Assembly: GCA_947632735.1 (NCBI GenBank)
Contig: CANRQG010000001.1
Coordinates: 3,903 to 67,902 of the forward strand
DNA: 64,000 nucleotides
Direction: 5' to 3'
Source of the DNA: an uncultured Bacilli bacterium
Lineage (GTDB): Bacteria; Bacillota_I; Bacilli_A; RF39; UBA660
Below, one piece after another: positions 39,777 to 49,271 of this stretch. Position 1 is the stretch's first letter. Every line of letters begins with the position of its first letter. The position numbers and the translations under genes were made by a program. The notes under the pieces were generated by a model. The model made no database searches. It saw only the letters and a program-made list of their open reading frames with translations, and was not told the origin of the DNA.

Positions 39777-40955
39777 ATGAAAAAGAAACTTATCATTTTA
39801 TTAGTAATAATACTCTTAGGCTTTCTTGGCTTTGCCATTTATAAAAGTTATTTTCTAAGAGAAAAACCAAAAAGTACCGCTAAAAAGAAAACTGAAGAAA
39901 AAATTCCTGATGATGTCTTAGAAAAATATAAATCACTACTTTTTGAAGATTATTATGAAGATGCTTTAAAAGTAGTAAATAAAATGTCTTTAGAAGAAAA
40001 AGTAGGCCAAATCTTCCTAGTAAGATATGACGTTAATAAAGTAGTTGAAGAAAAGTCTTATTATCCAGGAGGTTACATTTTATTTGCTAAAGACTTTGAA
40101 AATCATACTAAAGAAAGTATTAAAGAAGAAATAGATAATGACCAAAATCTAAGTAAATACCCACTGATAATTGCGGTTGACGAAGAGGGAGGAACCGTTA
40201 CTAGAGTTAGTCGCTATGAAGAACTTCGTGAATCAAAATTTCCATCACCTCAAGAAATATATAACGAAGGTGGTTATGAATTACTAAAAGAAATTGAAAA
40301 AGAAAAAGCTAATTTATTATTAAGTTTAGGCATCAATACTAATTTAGCTCCTGTAGCGGATGTTTCTACTGACCCAAATGACTTTATTTATGAAAGAAGC
40401 TTTGGTAAAAATGCTGAAGAAACAGCTGAATATATAAAGAAAATGGTTGAATATAGTAATGAAAATCATATTAATTCAACTCTAAAACACTTCCCAGGTT
40501 ATGGAAATAATGTTGATACCCATACTGGAGTAGCGATAGATGAAAGATCTTATGAAAACTTTGTAGAAAACGACTTTCTCCCATTCAAAGCTGGAATAGA
40601 AGCTAAAGTTCCTAGCATTCTTGTAAGTCATAACATTGTCGAACAAATAGACCAGGACTATCCATCATCTTTAAGTGCTAAAGTTATAGGTGAATTAAGA
40701 AATACCTTAGGCTTTAGTGGAATTATTATGACAGATGACCTAGCTATGGATGCCGTAAAATCTTATGTTGAAGATTCATCTGCTGCCACTCTTGCTTTAC
40801 AAGCCGGAAATGATATGATAATTACTAGTGACTTTATAACAATGTATAATGAAGTGCTAAATGCTGTAAAAGATGGTATAATAGATGAAAATATTTTAAA
40901 TGAAGCCGTAATAAGAGTAACTGCTTGGAAATACTATTCACATCTTTATTACTAA
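39777..40955 (+). CDS. GH3 beta-N-acetylhexosaminidase-like (NagZ-like), membrane-anchored
   Basis: KHFPGYG...VDTHTG and ...MTDDLAMDAV motifs of the GH3 N-terminal domain. Confidence 0.7.
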   Translation: MKKKLIILLVIILLGFLGFAIYKSYFLREKPKSTAKKKTEEKIPDDVLEKYKSLLFEDYYEDALKVVNKMSLEEKVGQIFLVRYDVNKVVEEKSYYPGGYILFAKDFENHTKESIKEEIDNDQNLSKYPLIIAVDEEGGTVTRVSRYEELRESKFPSPQEIYNEGGYELLKEIEKEKANLLLSLGINTNLAPVADVSTDPNDFIYERSFGKNAEETAEYIKKMVEYSNENHINSTLKHFPGYGNNVDTHTGVAIDERSYENFVENDFLPFKAGIEAKVPSILVSHNIVEQIDQDYPSSLSAKVIGELRNTLGFSGIIMTDDLAMDAVKSYVEDSSAATLALQAGNDMIITSDFITMYNEVLNAVKDGIIDENILNEAVIRVTAWKYYSHLYY

Positions 40956-40981
40956 AAATAAAAAAGAAAAGGAATGATACA

Positions 40982-42364
40982 ATGAATGATAAAAATTTAT
41001 TTACAAATTATCAAAAATACTTAAACAAAGAAGTAACCCTAGAAGGCTGGATAAAGAACCATCGTAAACAAAAAGAATTTGGTTTTATATCTTTCTCTGA
41101 CGGTACTTACTTTACTCAAATTCAAATAGTTTATGACAATAACTTAGATAACTTTGAAGAAATTACCAAGTTTCATATCGGAAGTTCTATCCAAGTAACA
41201 GGAACGGTTGTCAAGTCACCAAAAGAAAATCAACCATTTGAAATACAAGCTAGTAGTATATGCCTACTTGGTGATTGTCCTGAAGATTATCCAATTCAAC
41301 CTAAAAAACATAGTCGTGAATTTTTAAGAGAACAAGCCTATCTTCGTCCAAGAACAAATCTTTTTCAAGCTGTTTTCCAAATACGTAGCAAAGCTGCCTT
41401 CGCTATTCACGAATACTTTCAAAAAAGAGATTATGTTTACTTCCACGCTCCATTAATTACCGCAAGTGATTGTGAAGGAGCAGGGGAGATGTTCCACGTA
41501 ACAACCTTCGATTTAGAAAATGTTCCCAAAAATAAAGATGGTTCAGTTGACTATTCCAAAGACTTCTTTACTAAAGCCGCTTCTTTAACTGTTTCAGGAC
41601 AACTACAAGCAGAAACATTTGCTTTAGCTTATAAAAATGTCTATACCTTTGGACCTACCTTTAGAGCAGAAAATTCTAATACTAAGACACACGCTTCAGA
41701 ATTTTGGATGATAGAACCTGAAATAGCCTTTTGTGATTTAGAAAAAGATATGGATATTATGGAAGATATGCTTAAATACGTTGTAAAATATGTCCTAGAT
41801 AATTGCCGAGTAGAACTCGAATTTTTAGATAGTTTTGTAGAAAAAGGTCTTATTGAAAAATTGCAAAATCTAGTTAAAAAGAAAGCTATTCGTATAACCC
41901 ATTATCAAGCTATTAAAGAGTTAAAAGAATCAGGCAAAAACTTCGAATTTACTCCTGAATATGGTGAAGACTTAGCTCGAGAACACGAAAAATATTTAAC
42001 TGAAGAAAAATATAATGCTCCTGTTTTTGTCTATAACTGGCCTAAAGATATCAAAGCCTTTTATATGCGTTTGAATGATGACAACAAAACTGTCGCAGCC
42101 GTTGACTTACTAGTCCCAGGTTCCGGTGAATTGATGGGTGGTTCTCAAAGAGAAGAAAGATATGATATTCTTTTAAATCGTATGCAAGAAATGAATACAG
42201 GAGTTGAAGAACTAGATTGGTACTTAAAACTAAGAATATATGGAGGTTGCGTTCATTCCGGCTTTGGTATGGGCTTTGAAAGACTAATTATGTATTTAAC
42301 TGGTGTAGAAAATATAAGAGATGTTATTCCATATCCAAGAACACCAGGTAATTGCGAATTTTAA
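40982..42364 (+). CDS. asnS: Asparagine--tRNA ligase
   Basis: N-terminal OB-fold segment, class II motifs (FRAE..., GGSQREER, GFGMGFERL). Confidence 0.85.
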   Translation: MNDKNLFTNYQKYLNKEVTLEGWIKNHRKQKEFGFISFSDGTYFTQIQIVYDNNLDNFEEITKFHIGSSIQVTGTVVKSPKENQPFEIQASSICLLGDCPEDYPIQPKKHSREFLREQAYLRPRTNLFQAVFQIRSKAAFAIHEYFQKRDYVYFHAPLITASDCEGAGEMFHVTTFDLENVPKNKDGSVDYSKDFFTKAASLTVSGQLQAETFALAYKNVYTFGPTFRAENSNTKTHASEFWMIEPEIAFCDLEKDMDIMEDMLKYVVKYVLDNCRVELEFLDSFVEKGLIEKLQNLVKKKAIRITHYQAIKELKESGKNFEFTPEYGEDLAREHEKYLTEEKYNAPVFVYNWPKDIKAFYMRLNDDNKTVAAVDLLVPGSGELMGGSQREERYDILLNRMQEMNTGVEELDWYLKLRIYGGCVHSGFGMGFERLIMYLTGVENIRDVIPYPRTPGNCEF

Positions 42365-42390
42365 GAGAGGAAACTCTCTTTTTTTTGCTA
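42364..42390 (+). terminator. Rho-independent terminator after asnS
   Basis: AGAGAG-gaaa-CTCTCT with a T8 run. Confidence 0.55.
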
Positions 42391-42466
42391 GCAAAATGAA
42401 AATAGTATGCGAGCACATAGATTATAAAAAATGGTATATGCTAATTATATGTAAGGTGATAGCACT

Positions 42467-42628
42467 ATGAAAGATATAATTTATATACGAATAGATAAAG
42501 AGATAAAGCAAAAATTAGATATGCTAGCTTTAAAAGATAATAGAAGCTTAAATAATTATATTGTTACACTTTTAACAAAATTTGTTGAGAATAAAGAAAA
42601 AGATTTAAAAGAATTATTAGAAAATTAG
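42467..42628 (+). CDS. Small ribbon-helix-helix (CopG/Arc-like) protein, 53 aa
   Basis: Not in the ORF track. MKDIIYIRIDKEIKQKLDMLALKDNRSLNNYIVTLLTKFVENKEKDLKELLEN has the beta-strand/helix/helix pattern and the RSLN motif of RHH antitoxin/repressors. Confidence 0.45.
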   Translation: MKDIIYIRIDKEIKQKLDMLALKDNRSLNNYIVTLLTKFVENKEKDLKELLEN

Positions 42629-42646
42629 TAATAGAAGGCTGATAAA

Positions 42647-44158
42647 ATGAAAAAGAAAATTAAAGATTTTCATAAATATATGGTTGGATGCATTATTGAA
42701 ATAATCATAGTAGGAAGTATCTCTGTTTATGCAGTGACTACTATAATTGATAGTAAAGAAGTTAGTTATGATAAGAAAAATAGTAGTGGTAGTTATGATA
42801 ATGTCCAGGATTCAATAGATGAGCTATATCAAAGATATAAAGATTTATCAGGTGAACAAGATACTATTTATACTGAAGAGATTTTAAATGGGGCAGACCC
42901 AGTATTAGGAGATGAAATGATACCAGTAACACTCGACAGTAAAGGAAATGTAAAGTACGCTAGTCTTTACACACCGTGGTATTCTTACGAAGAAAAGAAG
43001 TGGGCGAATGCTGTTATATTGGTAAAGAATCCAAGTAAACAATATAAAACAGGCGATACTATTTTAGAAAAAGACATAGAAAGCTACTTTGTGTGGATAC
43101 CTAGATATAAATACAGGATATGGGATTTAGGAAATTATACAAGTTTGTTTAGTTTAGATGGTAGAAGTGGTACAACTAAATTAACTGATAATTCAACAGG
43201 AAAAACTGATTTATCAAGTTTAAGAAATATTGCAGGAAATGCTCGATTAATTGATATAGTATTTGAAAATAAAAACACTACGCCATCTACTACATTAGCA
43301 GTTGGTTCATATTATACGCATCCCGCCTTTACCAATTTTGGGGTAAGTGGTTTATGGGTAGGAAAATTTGAAACTGGTGGAGATTCTAACAAAATTATTG
43401 TAAAGCCAGAAACTGAACCCTGGAAAAATGAAACAGTAGGAACATATTGGAACACTTTATTCAATTATAAAAATATATTAGGTGCACATAATGACAATTT
43501 AGATCCTCATATGATGAAAAATACAGAATGGGGGGCAGTGACTTATCTTTCACATTCTATATATGGACTAGGCGGTGAGATAAATATTAATAATAATTCT
43601 GATTGTAAAACGGGTTATTCCGCAACAGGAAAAACAAATCAAAATACTTTTAGAGGAGAATTGGGAAACACTGAGGATACAACACAACCCTATAACACGC
43701 CAACAGGATATTTAGCAAGTTCAACAGGAAATATAACCGGTGTGTATGATATGAGTGGTGGAAGTAATGAGTATATGGCAGCTTATATAGAAGAATATGG
43801 TGTTTTGAGTAAAAATTCAGTATCTAGTGGCTTAACGACAACTGATTTAGCTAAGACAAAATATTTTGATAAATATTCAAAAAACAGTACTACAACTTCA
43901 TATAATTTAAGGATTATAGGAGATGCAACAGGAGAACTAGGACCTTTTTATCTCTACTATGCTACAGATAGTGATCAGCGTCAATTTAATGGCTGGTATT
44001 CTGATTTTTCGTTTTTTATAGATCCTAGTAATCCCTGGTTTGTCAGAGGTGGTGGATGGATGAGCGATGGTTTTGCAGCTGGACAGTTCTATTTCTATTC
44101 AAGTACTGGTGGAAAATCATCAATAACTGGTGTACGGTTATGCTTGTCAGTATCATAA
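42647..44158 (+). CDS. Signal-anchored surface protein with a C-terminal FGE-sulfatase (formylglycine-generating-enzyme-like / DUF323) domain
   Basis: C-terminus ...WFVRGGGWMSDGFAAGQFYFY...ITGVRLCL resembles the RGGSW...GFR end of FGE-sulfatase domains. The N-terminal ~60 aa are paralogous to the tail-collar protein at 34054. Confidence 0.45.
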   Translation: MKKKIKDFHKYMVGCIIEIIIVGSISVYAVTTIIDSKEVSYDKKNSSGSYDNVQDSIDELYQRYKDLSGEQDTIYTEEILNGADPVLGDEMIPVTLDSKGNVKYASLYTPWYSYEEKKWANAVILVKNPSKQYKTGDTILEKDIESYFVWIPRYKYRIWDLGNYTSLFSLDGRSGTTKLTDNSTGKTDLSSLRNIAGNARLIDIVFENKNTTPSTTLAVGSYYTHPAFTNFGVSGLWVGKFETGGDSNKIIVKPETEPWKNETVGTYWNTLFNYKNILGAHNDNLDPHMMKNTEWGAVTYLSHSIYGLGGEININNNSDCKTGYSATGKTNQNTFRGELGNTEDTTQPYNTPTGYLASSTGNITGVYDMSGGSNEYMAAYIEEYGVLSKNSVSSGLTTTDLAKTKYFDKYSKNSTTTSYNLRIIGDATGELGPFYLYYATDSDQRQFNGWYSDFSFFIDPSNPWFVRGGGWMSDGFAAGQFYFYSSTGGKSSITGVRLCLSVS

Positions 44159-44273
44159 ATTTATGCTTTTTAAAATTAATATCAAAATAACTAGACACCA
44201 ACTTTACAGTAAATAGTTTTACATATCAAGATAATTCTGCTATAATAACTTACTAGTTAGGAGTTAGTCTGTT

Positions 44274-45071
44274 ATGGAAGTACTTGATAAAATTAGTGAA
44301 ATAGGAGCAGTTAGACCAACTAATGAAGATGCTTGCCTTTACATTACTCATCCTAAAAATAAAAAATATAAATTACTTGCTGTAGCTGATGGTATGGGTG
44401 GTAAAAAATATGGAGAACTTGCCTCTAATTATACAATTGAAAGTATAAAAAAATGGTTTTTACGCAAAAATATTTCTAGTTTAAATGATGATAAGAAGTT
44501 AATCTCGTCAACTACTAGACTAATTAAAAAAATTAATAAAGAACTAATAGAAAAATATGGAGAAAACGTTCTAGGAACTACTTTAACACTAGCTATTATA
44601 AATAAAGAAAATACTCATATATTTAATGTAGGTGACTCTAGATGCTACTCCTATAAAGAAAATAAACTTCTTCAAATAACAGAAGATGACTCCGACGTTT
44701 GGATGTACTACAAATATGGAAATGTATTAAAAGAAGATTTACGTTACTTTGCTATGAGTAACTTAATTAATGCCTGTATTGGCTTAAACAATACTCTTTG
44801 TAATATCACAACTATAACTATTTCTAACGATTACGAATTACTTCTATTATTAACTGATGGAGTGACCGATTTACTTACTGATAAAAAAATAACAAAAATT
44901 ATTAAAAAAACTTCCTCTAAAGATATTTTAAAAAAGATTATTTATGAAGCCGTTTACGTAAATCAAAAATTGTCTATTCCAACAAGATTAAAAAGAAAAT
45001 ACTTAGCTAATTTTATTGTCCCCTTTACAGGAAGAGACAATGCTAGTGGCGTAATTTATATTAAAAAATAA
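44274..45071 (+). CDS. PP2C-family Ser/Thr phosphatase (Stp/PrpC-like) with no adjacent kinase
   Basis: RPTNEDA, ADGMGG, GDSR, TEDDS and LLLTDGVTD motifs. Confidence 0.7.
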   Translation: MEVLDKISEIGAVRPTNEDACLYITHPKNKKYKLLAVADGMGGKKYGELASNYTIESIKKWFLRKNISSLNDDKKLISSTTRLIKKINKELIEKYGENVLGTTLTLAIINKENTHIFNVGDSRCYSYKENKLLQITEDDSDVWMYYKYGNVLKEDLRYFAMSNLINACIGLNNTLCNITTITISNDYELLLLLTDGVTDLLTDKKITKIIKKTSSKDILKKIIYEAVYVNQKLSIPTRLKRKYLANFIVPFTGRDNASGVIYIKK

Positions 45072-45124
45072 TTTTTAGTATAAATTACTTTTTTTATTCC
45101 ATTATAATAATGGGAGGCAAAAGA

Positions 45125-45772
45125 ATGAAAAAAATATTATTAGTATTATTATGTCTATTTACTTTAACAGCTTGTGGCACTAAAATGAATACCCCGACAG
45201 CAAAAGTAGAAGAGTTCCTAAGTAAATATCAAAAAATGGATACAGAAGTATTAAATCAATTAGATACCATTATACAAGAAGAAAGTAGTATGTCTGAAAG
45301 TCAAAAAAAAGACTATCAAGCTCTTTTAGAAAAACAATATCAAAATTTGTCTTATAAAATTAAAGATGAAAAAATAAAAGACTCAACCGCAACCGTCGAT
45401 GTTGAAATAGAAGTTTACGACTATGCAACTTCCATTAGAAAATCAAGAGAATATTATAAAGACCATCGTGACGAGTTTGAAAAGACAAAAGATACTATCA
45501 ATGAAGAAGGCATTCTTGACAATGATGGTAACAATACTACTGATAAAGAAGAAAATAATACTGATGCCAGTACAACTAATGATTCTTCTGAGAATGGACT
45601 AATAGATACTATAAGTGAATTTATTGATTATAAAATAAAACAATTACAAAATGTCACAGAAAAAGTTAAATATGACTTAACCTTTAATCTTACTAAAGAA
45701 AACGGTAAATGGGAACTTGATGATATAAGTGATATTGATATTGAAAAAATTCACGGACTTTACGAAGAATAA
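45125..45772 (+). CDS. Lipoprotein (hypothetical)
   Basis: Lipobox LTLTAC after an MKKILLVLLCLF signal. Confidence 0.4.
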   Translation: MKKILLVLLCLFTLTACGTKMNTPTAKVEEFLSKYQKMDTEVLNQLDTIIQEESSMSESQKKDYQALLEKQYQNLSYKIKDEKIKDSTATVDVEIEVYDYATSIRKSREYYKDHRDEFEKTKDTINEEGILDNDGNNTTDKEENNTDASTTNDSSENGLIDTISEFIDYKIKQLQNVTEKVKYDLTFNLTKENGKWELDDISDIDIEKIHGLYEE

Positions 45773-45852
45773 AAAATTATTAAAAATATGGAAAAGTAAC
45801 TTTTATTTTCCATATTTTTTTGATATAATTTACTAGAATAGAGGGTGATTGT

Positions 45853-47799
45853 ATGCTAGGAACAATAAAAGAAATTATCGATAATAGCGTTATAATTAAA
45901 CTTAATATTGATATTAATGAACAGCCAAACCTTATTAATATTCACGTTGTCTTTGATGATGGCTCATCTAGAAAAGTAGTAGGTGAGATAGCTAACGTTA
46001 ACCAAAATGAAATGGTTGTTAATATTGTAGGTGAAATTGATAATAATAGCTTTATCCCAGGGTCTAGTTCCAAGCCATCTTTTAAATCATCCATTCGAAT
46101 AATTGATGCCAGCGAGTTAGAACTTCTCCTTGGCCCTCAAGAAGTAGCTCCAGGAAAAACTAATTTTGGTACCAGTAATGTTTATTCAGGTTATAAAATA
46201 AATGTTGAAGTAAATGAATTTTTCAATACTCACTTTGCCATTTTAGGAAATAGTGGTGCCGGAAAAAGCTGTACCGTTGCATCCATCTTGCAAAAATTGT
46301 TCACTAGTAGTAAAACTCCACCAATAAATTCCAATCTTTTCTTCTTTGATGCTTATGGTGAATATACCAATGCCTTTAGTAAGCTCCACGAAGTAAACCC
46401 TCTTTTAAACTACAAATCATATACAACCAACACTATTGAACCAGAATGTGAAATACTTCGCATTCCACCTTGGCTACTTGATGTAGATGATTTAGCTTTA
46501 CTTTTAGATGTAACAACTCCAACTCAAATACCAATGATCGAAAAAACACTTAAATTAGTACCTATCTTAACAGGTAGTAGTGAAAATGTTATAAAAAGAA
46601 AAAATGATATAATTGCTAGAGCTCTACAAGACATTCTATTATCTGGAAATGATTCAACTAAAATACGTGACCAAGTAATAGGTGTATTAACAAAATTTAA
46701 TACTCCAACATTAAATCTAGAAACACAAATTGTTCAACCAGGTTATACTAGAACTTTTAAACAATGCTTATTCGTTGATAAAAGTGGAAAAATGCAAGAA
46801 ATGGAATTAGTCGTAGAATTTGTTCGTGGCTATATTCTTGAAGTAGCTGAAGAAATTCCTAAAGAAGAGCTAAATCCATACTATACTTTATCAGATTTAG
46901 AGTTAGCAATGGAATTTGCTTTAATTAGTGAAGGTATTTTAAAAAGTGATAAAGTCTTTGATTATGCTAATATTATTAGTGTTAGACTTCATTCCCTAGC
47001 AACGGGTGATTATAAATCATATTTTGAATATCCAACCTTTGTAAATAAAGACCAGTATATTGAAGACTTAATGACTAATGAAAATAATCAAAAATGTCAA
47101 ATAATAAACTTTAATATTAACTATGTTGATGACCGTCTAGCTAAAGTTTTTACTAAAATCTTATCAAGAATGCTTTTCTTAAAATCAAGTACTACAAAAC
47201 CACGTGGTAGTAGAGCTTTCCATATAATTATTGAAGAGGCCCATCGTTATGTTCAACACGATAGTGATGTTGAAATTTTAGGTTATAATATCTTTGAAAG
47301 AATCACAAAAGAGGGTCGTAAATATGGAACTTTCTTAGCCTTAATCACTCAAAGGCCAAGTGAATTATCTGATACTTGTATTTCTCAATGTGCAAACTTT
47401 GTCGTATTAAGAACTCTTCACCCCGTTGATTTAAAATATATTAAAGAAATGGTTCCTAACGTTTCTTCAGAAATTGTTTTACAATTAAAAAATCTTAAAC
47501 CAGGTAACTGCATAGCCTTTGGTTCAGCCTTTAAAGTTCCTATTCCTATGTATATAGATTTACCAAACCCTCGTCCTTTAAGTAATAATGTTAACTTAAA
47601 TGACATTTGGTATCGCCAAATCTCTTCTCCTGGTGCTAAAGAAATTCAACCTGGTATAAATCCTGGCATAAATCCCGGTATAAATCAAAGCATAACCCCA
47701 GGTATAAATGGTATGGTAAACCCCGTTGCTTATCAGCAAGTCCCTCAAGCTCCAGTAGCTAGTACTCCTCAAGTACCAAATGGACAACCAATTAGTTAG
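45853..47799 (+). CDS. HerA/DUF87-like P-loop ATPase with an N-terminal barrel domain and a C-terminal Pro/Gly-rich (PGIN)n low-complexity tail
   Basis: Walker A ILGNSGAGKSCT, Walker B-like FHIIIEEAHRY, N-terminal HAS-barrel-like segment. Tail PGINPGINPGINQSITPGINGMVNP. Confidence 0.5.
   Translation: MLGTIKEIIDNSVIIKLNIDINEQPNLINIHVVFDDGSSRKVVGEIANVNQNEMVVNIVGEIDNNSFIPGSSSKPSFKSSIRIIDASELELLLGPQEVAPGKTNFGTSNVYSGYKINVEVNEFFNTHFAILGNSGAGKSCTVASILQKLFTSSKTPPINSNLFFFDAYGEYTNAFSKLHEVNPLLNYKSYTTNTIEPECEILRIPPWLLDVDDLALLLDVTTPTQIPMIEKTLKLVPILTGSSENVIKRKNDIIARALQDILLSGNDSTKIRDQVIGVLTKFNTPTLNLETQIVQPGYTRTFKQCLFVDKSGKMQEMELVVEFVRGYILEVAEEIPKEELNPYYTLSDLELAMEFALISEGILKSDKVFDYANIISVRLHSLATGDYKSYFEYPTFVNKDQYIEDLMTNENNQKCQIINFNINYVDDRLAKVFTKILSRMLFLKSSTTKPRGSRAFHIIIEEAHRYVQHDSDVEILGYNIFERITKEGRKYGTFLALITQRPSELSDTCISQCANFVVLRTLHPVDLKYIKEMVPNVSSEIVLQLKNLKPGNCIAFGSAFKVPIPMYIDLPNPRPLSNNVNLNDIWYRQISSPGAKEIQPGINPGINPGINQSITPGINGMVNPVAYQQVPQAPVASTPQVPNGQPIS
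47650..47709 (+). repeat. Five imperfect 12-bp tandem repeats (cctggtataaat) encoding (PGIN)n
   Basis: Read directly: cctggtataaat / cctggcataaat / cccggtataaat / caaagcataacc / ccaggtataaat. Confidence 0.7.
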
Positions 47800-48052
47800 T
47801 AAAAGCTAAAAAAATCATTTTGCTCTATTGATTAAAATAAATAGATATATTATAATGTAATTGTAGTGAAATGATTTAATAGAACAAATATAAGTAAAAA
47901 AAAATAGTAAATGCGGTAGACTACCGTAAATTGGTTTTTAGTTAATAAAACTTTATCTGAAATAAAATACACAAATATAAATACTTGAACAATGTTTTAT
48001 CTATAAAACGTTTTGTTCAAATAAATAGATAATAATTTGGAGGTAATTAATT

Positions 48053-48493
48053 ATGGCTTTAGATAAATTAAAAGGTTTATTCGGTGGCGATGATACAGAA
48101 GAAAAAGATGTTTCACCTGATGAAGAATACTACACAACTACAAGAGAAGAGTTTCATACCGCTAATGGTGATGCTGAAAGTAAGATGATGCTTTTAGAAC
48201 CAAGAGCTTATTCTGAAAGTCAACAAATCGCTGATTATTTAAAAAATCGTAGTGCTGTCGTTGTAAACTTAAAAAGAGTAACACCTGATGTTGCCAAAAG
48301 AATTGTTGATTTTTTATATGGCTGCATTTATGCTATTGGTGGTGATTTGCAAAAACTAGGTGGTGGAATTTTCCTATGTACACCAAATAATGTCAATGTA
48401 GAAGGTAAAATAAGTGAAGATGCCACTACTCAAAGTAAACAAAACCGTAGTAAAAAAGAAAAAGTAGAAGAAGATGAAGAAGATTTCTTTTAA
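48053..48493 (+). CDS. sepF: Cell division protein SepF
   Basis: [30 protein letters not shown]...[25 protein letters not shown] matches the SepF core. Confidence 0.8.
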   Translation: MALDKLKGLFGGDDTEEKDVSPDEEYYTTTREEFHTANGDAESKMMLLEPRAYSESQQIADYLKNRSAVVVNLKRVTPDVAKRIVDFLYGCIYAIGGDLQKLGGGIFLCTPNNVNVEGKISEDATTQSKQNRSKKEKVEEDEEDFF

Positions 48494-48520
48494 AATTTAG
48501 CCTATTTCTGAGGTGATTAT

Positions 48521-48958
48521 ATGGAAAAATTTAGTTATGAAGCTAATGGATATAATCGTTCTGAAGTTAATCAATTTGTAAGTGATGTTATAAAACAAAC
48601 AGAAGGTATAGTCGCAAGATGTAAAGAACAAAGAAGTGATATAGAAAAATTAAAGTCTGAATTAGAACATTATAAAAATCTTGAACGAACTTTAAACTTA
48701 GCTCTTATTAAAGCAGAAGAAACAGCTGATAGTATTAAAAGAGTTGCGAGAGAAGAATCAGAAATGATTGTTACTGATGCTAAACATAATGCTTCACGTA
48801 TAGTTAATGAAGCCTTACTTAAGGCTGAAAAAATTCAGGCTAAAAATGATACCTTAGAACAGAATATGAAAATATTTAAAAGAAAACTAAAACTTATTAT
48901 AGAACAGCAACTAGCTGTTGTAGATGAAATAGAAGTATTAGAACTAGACCCTAAATAG
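48521..48958 (+). CDS. DivIVA-domain protein
   Basis: FSYEANGYNRSEVNQFVSDV matches the DivIVA N-terminal motif; coiled-coil remainder. Confidence 0.65.
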   Translation: MEKFSYEANGYNRSEVNQFVSDVIKQTEGIVARCKEQRSDIEKLKSELEHYKNLERTLNLALIKAEETADSIKRVAREESEMIVTDAKHNASRIVNEALLKAEKIQAKNDTLEQNMKIFKRKLKLIIEQQLAVVDEIEVLELDPK

Positions 48959-49034
48959 GTCTTTTCTTCTCTTATAAGCATATATTTAAATAAAAAATAA
49001 TTGTCAAATAAGTAATAATATGATATATTACTAA

Positions 49035-49257
49035 CGAAAGCAAGTGCGAAAGACGGAATATTTTGGAATTTAAAGAGAGCTTGTGTTTGGTGTAAACAAG
49101 TAAGGAAGAAATATTTAGATCACTTTCAAGTTGCGATTTATGGATAAGATAAATACGATTAAACACGTTATAGTTTACAAAAGATAAGTTATTACTTATG
49201 AATTAAGGTGGTACCACGAACTATTCGTCCTTACTAGGATGAATGGTTTTTATTTTT
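49035..49257 (+). promoter_or_regulatory. T-box riboswitch leader (probable Ile specifier AUC) with terminator and antiterminator
   Basis: AATTAAGGTGGTACCACG at 49201-49218 matches the T-box consensus AATTAGGGTGGTACCGCG 16/18. Terminator AUUCGUCC-uuacua-GGAUGAAU plus a U-run at 49223-49257. AGAGAG distal motif and a ...uagAUCAc... candidate specifier upstream. Promoter TTGTCA at 49001. Confidence 0.6.
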
Positions 49258-49271
49258 TGAAAGGAGAATTT

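Noticed and set aside
40925-40981. Extended N-terminus of asnS (listed ORF starts at 40925)
   Set aside because: The upstream in-frame codons overlap the end of the GH3 gene and lack an RBS. The ATG at 40982 gives the canonical AsnRS N-terminus (MNDKNLFTNYQ…).
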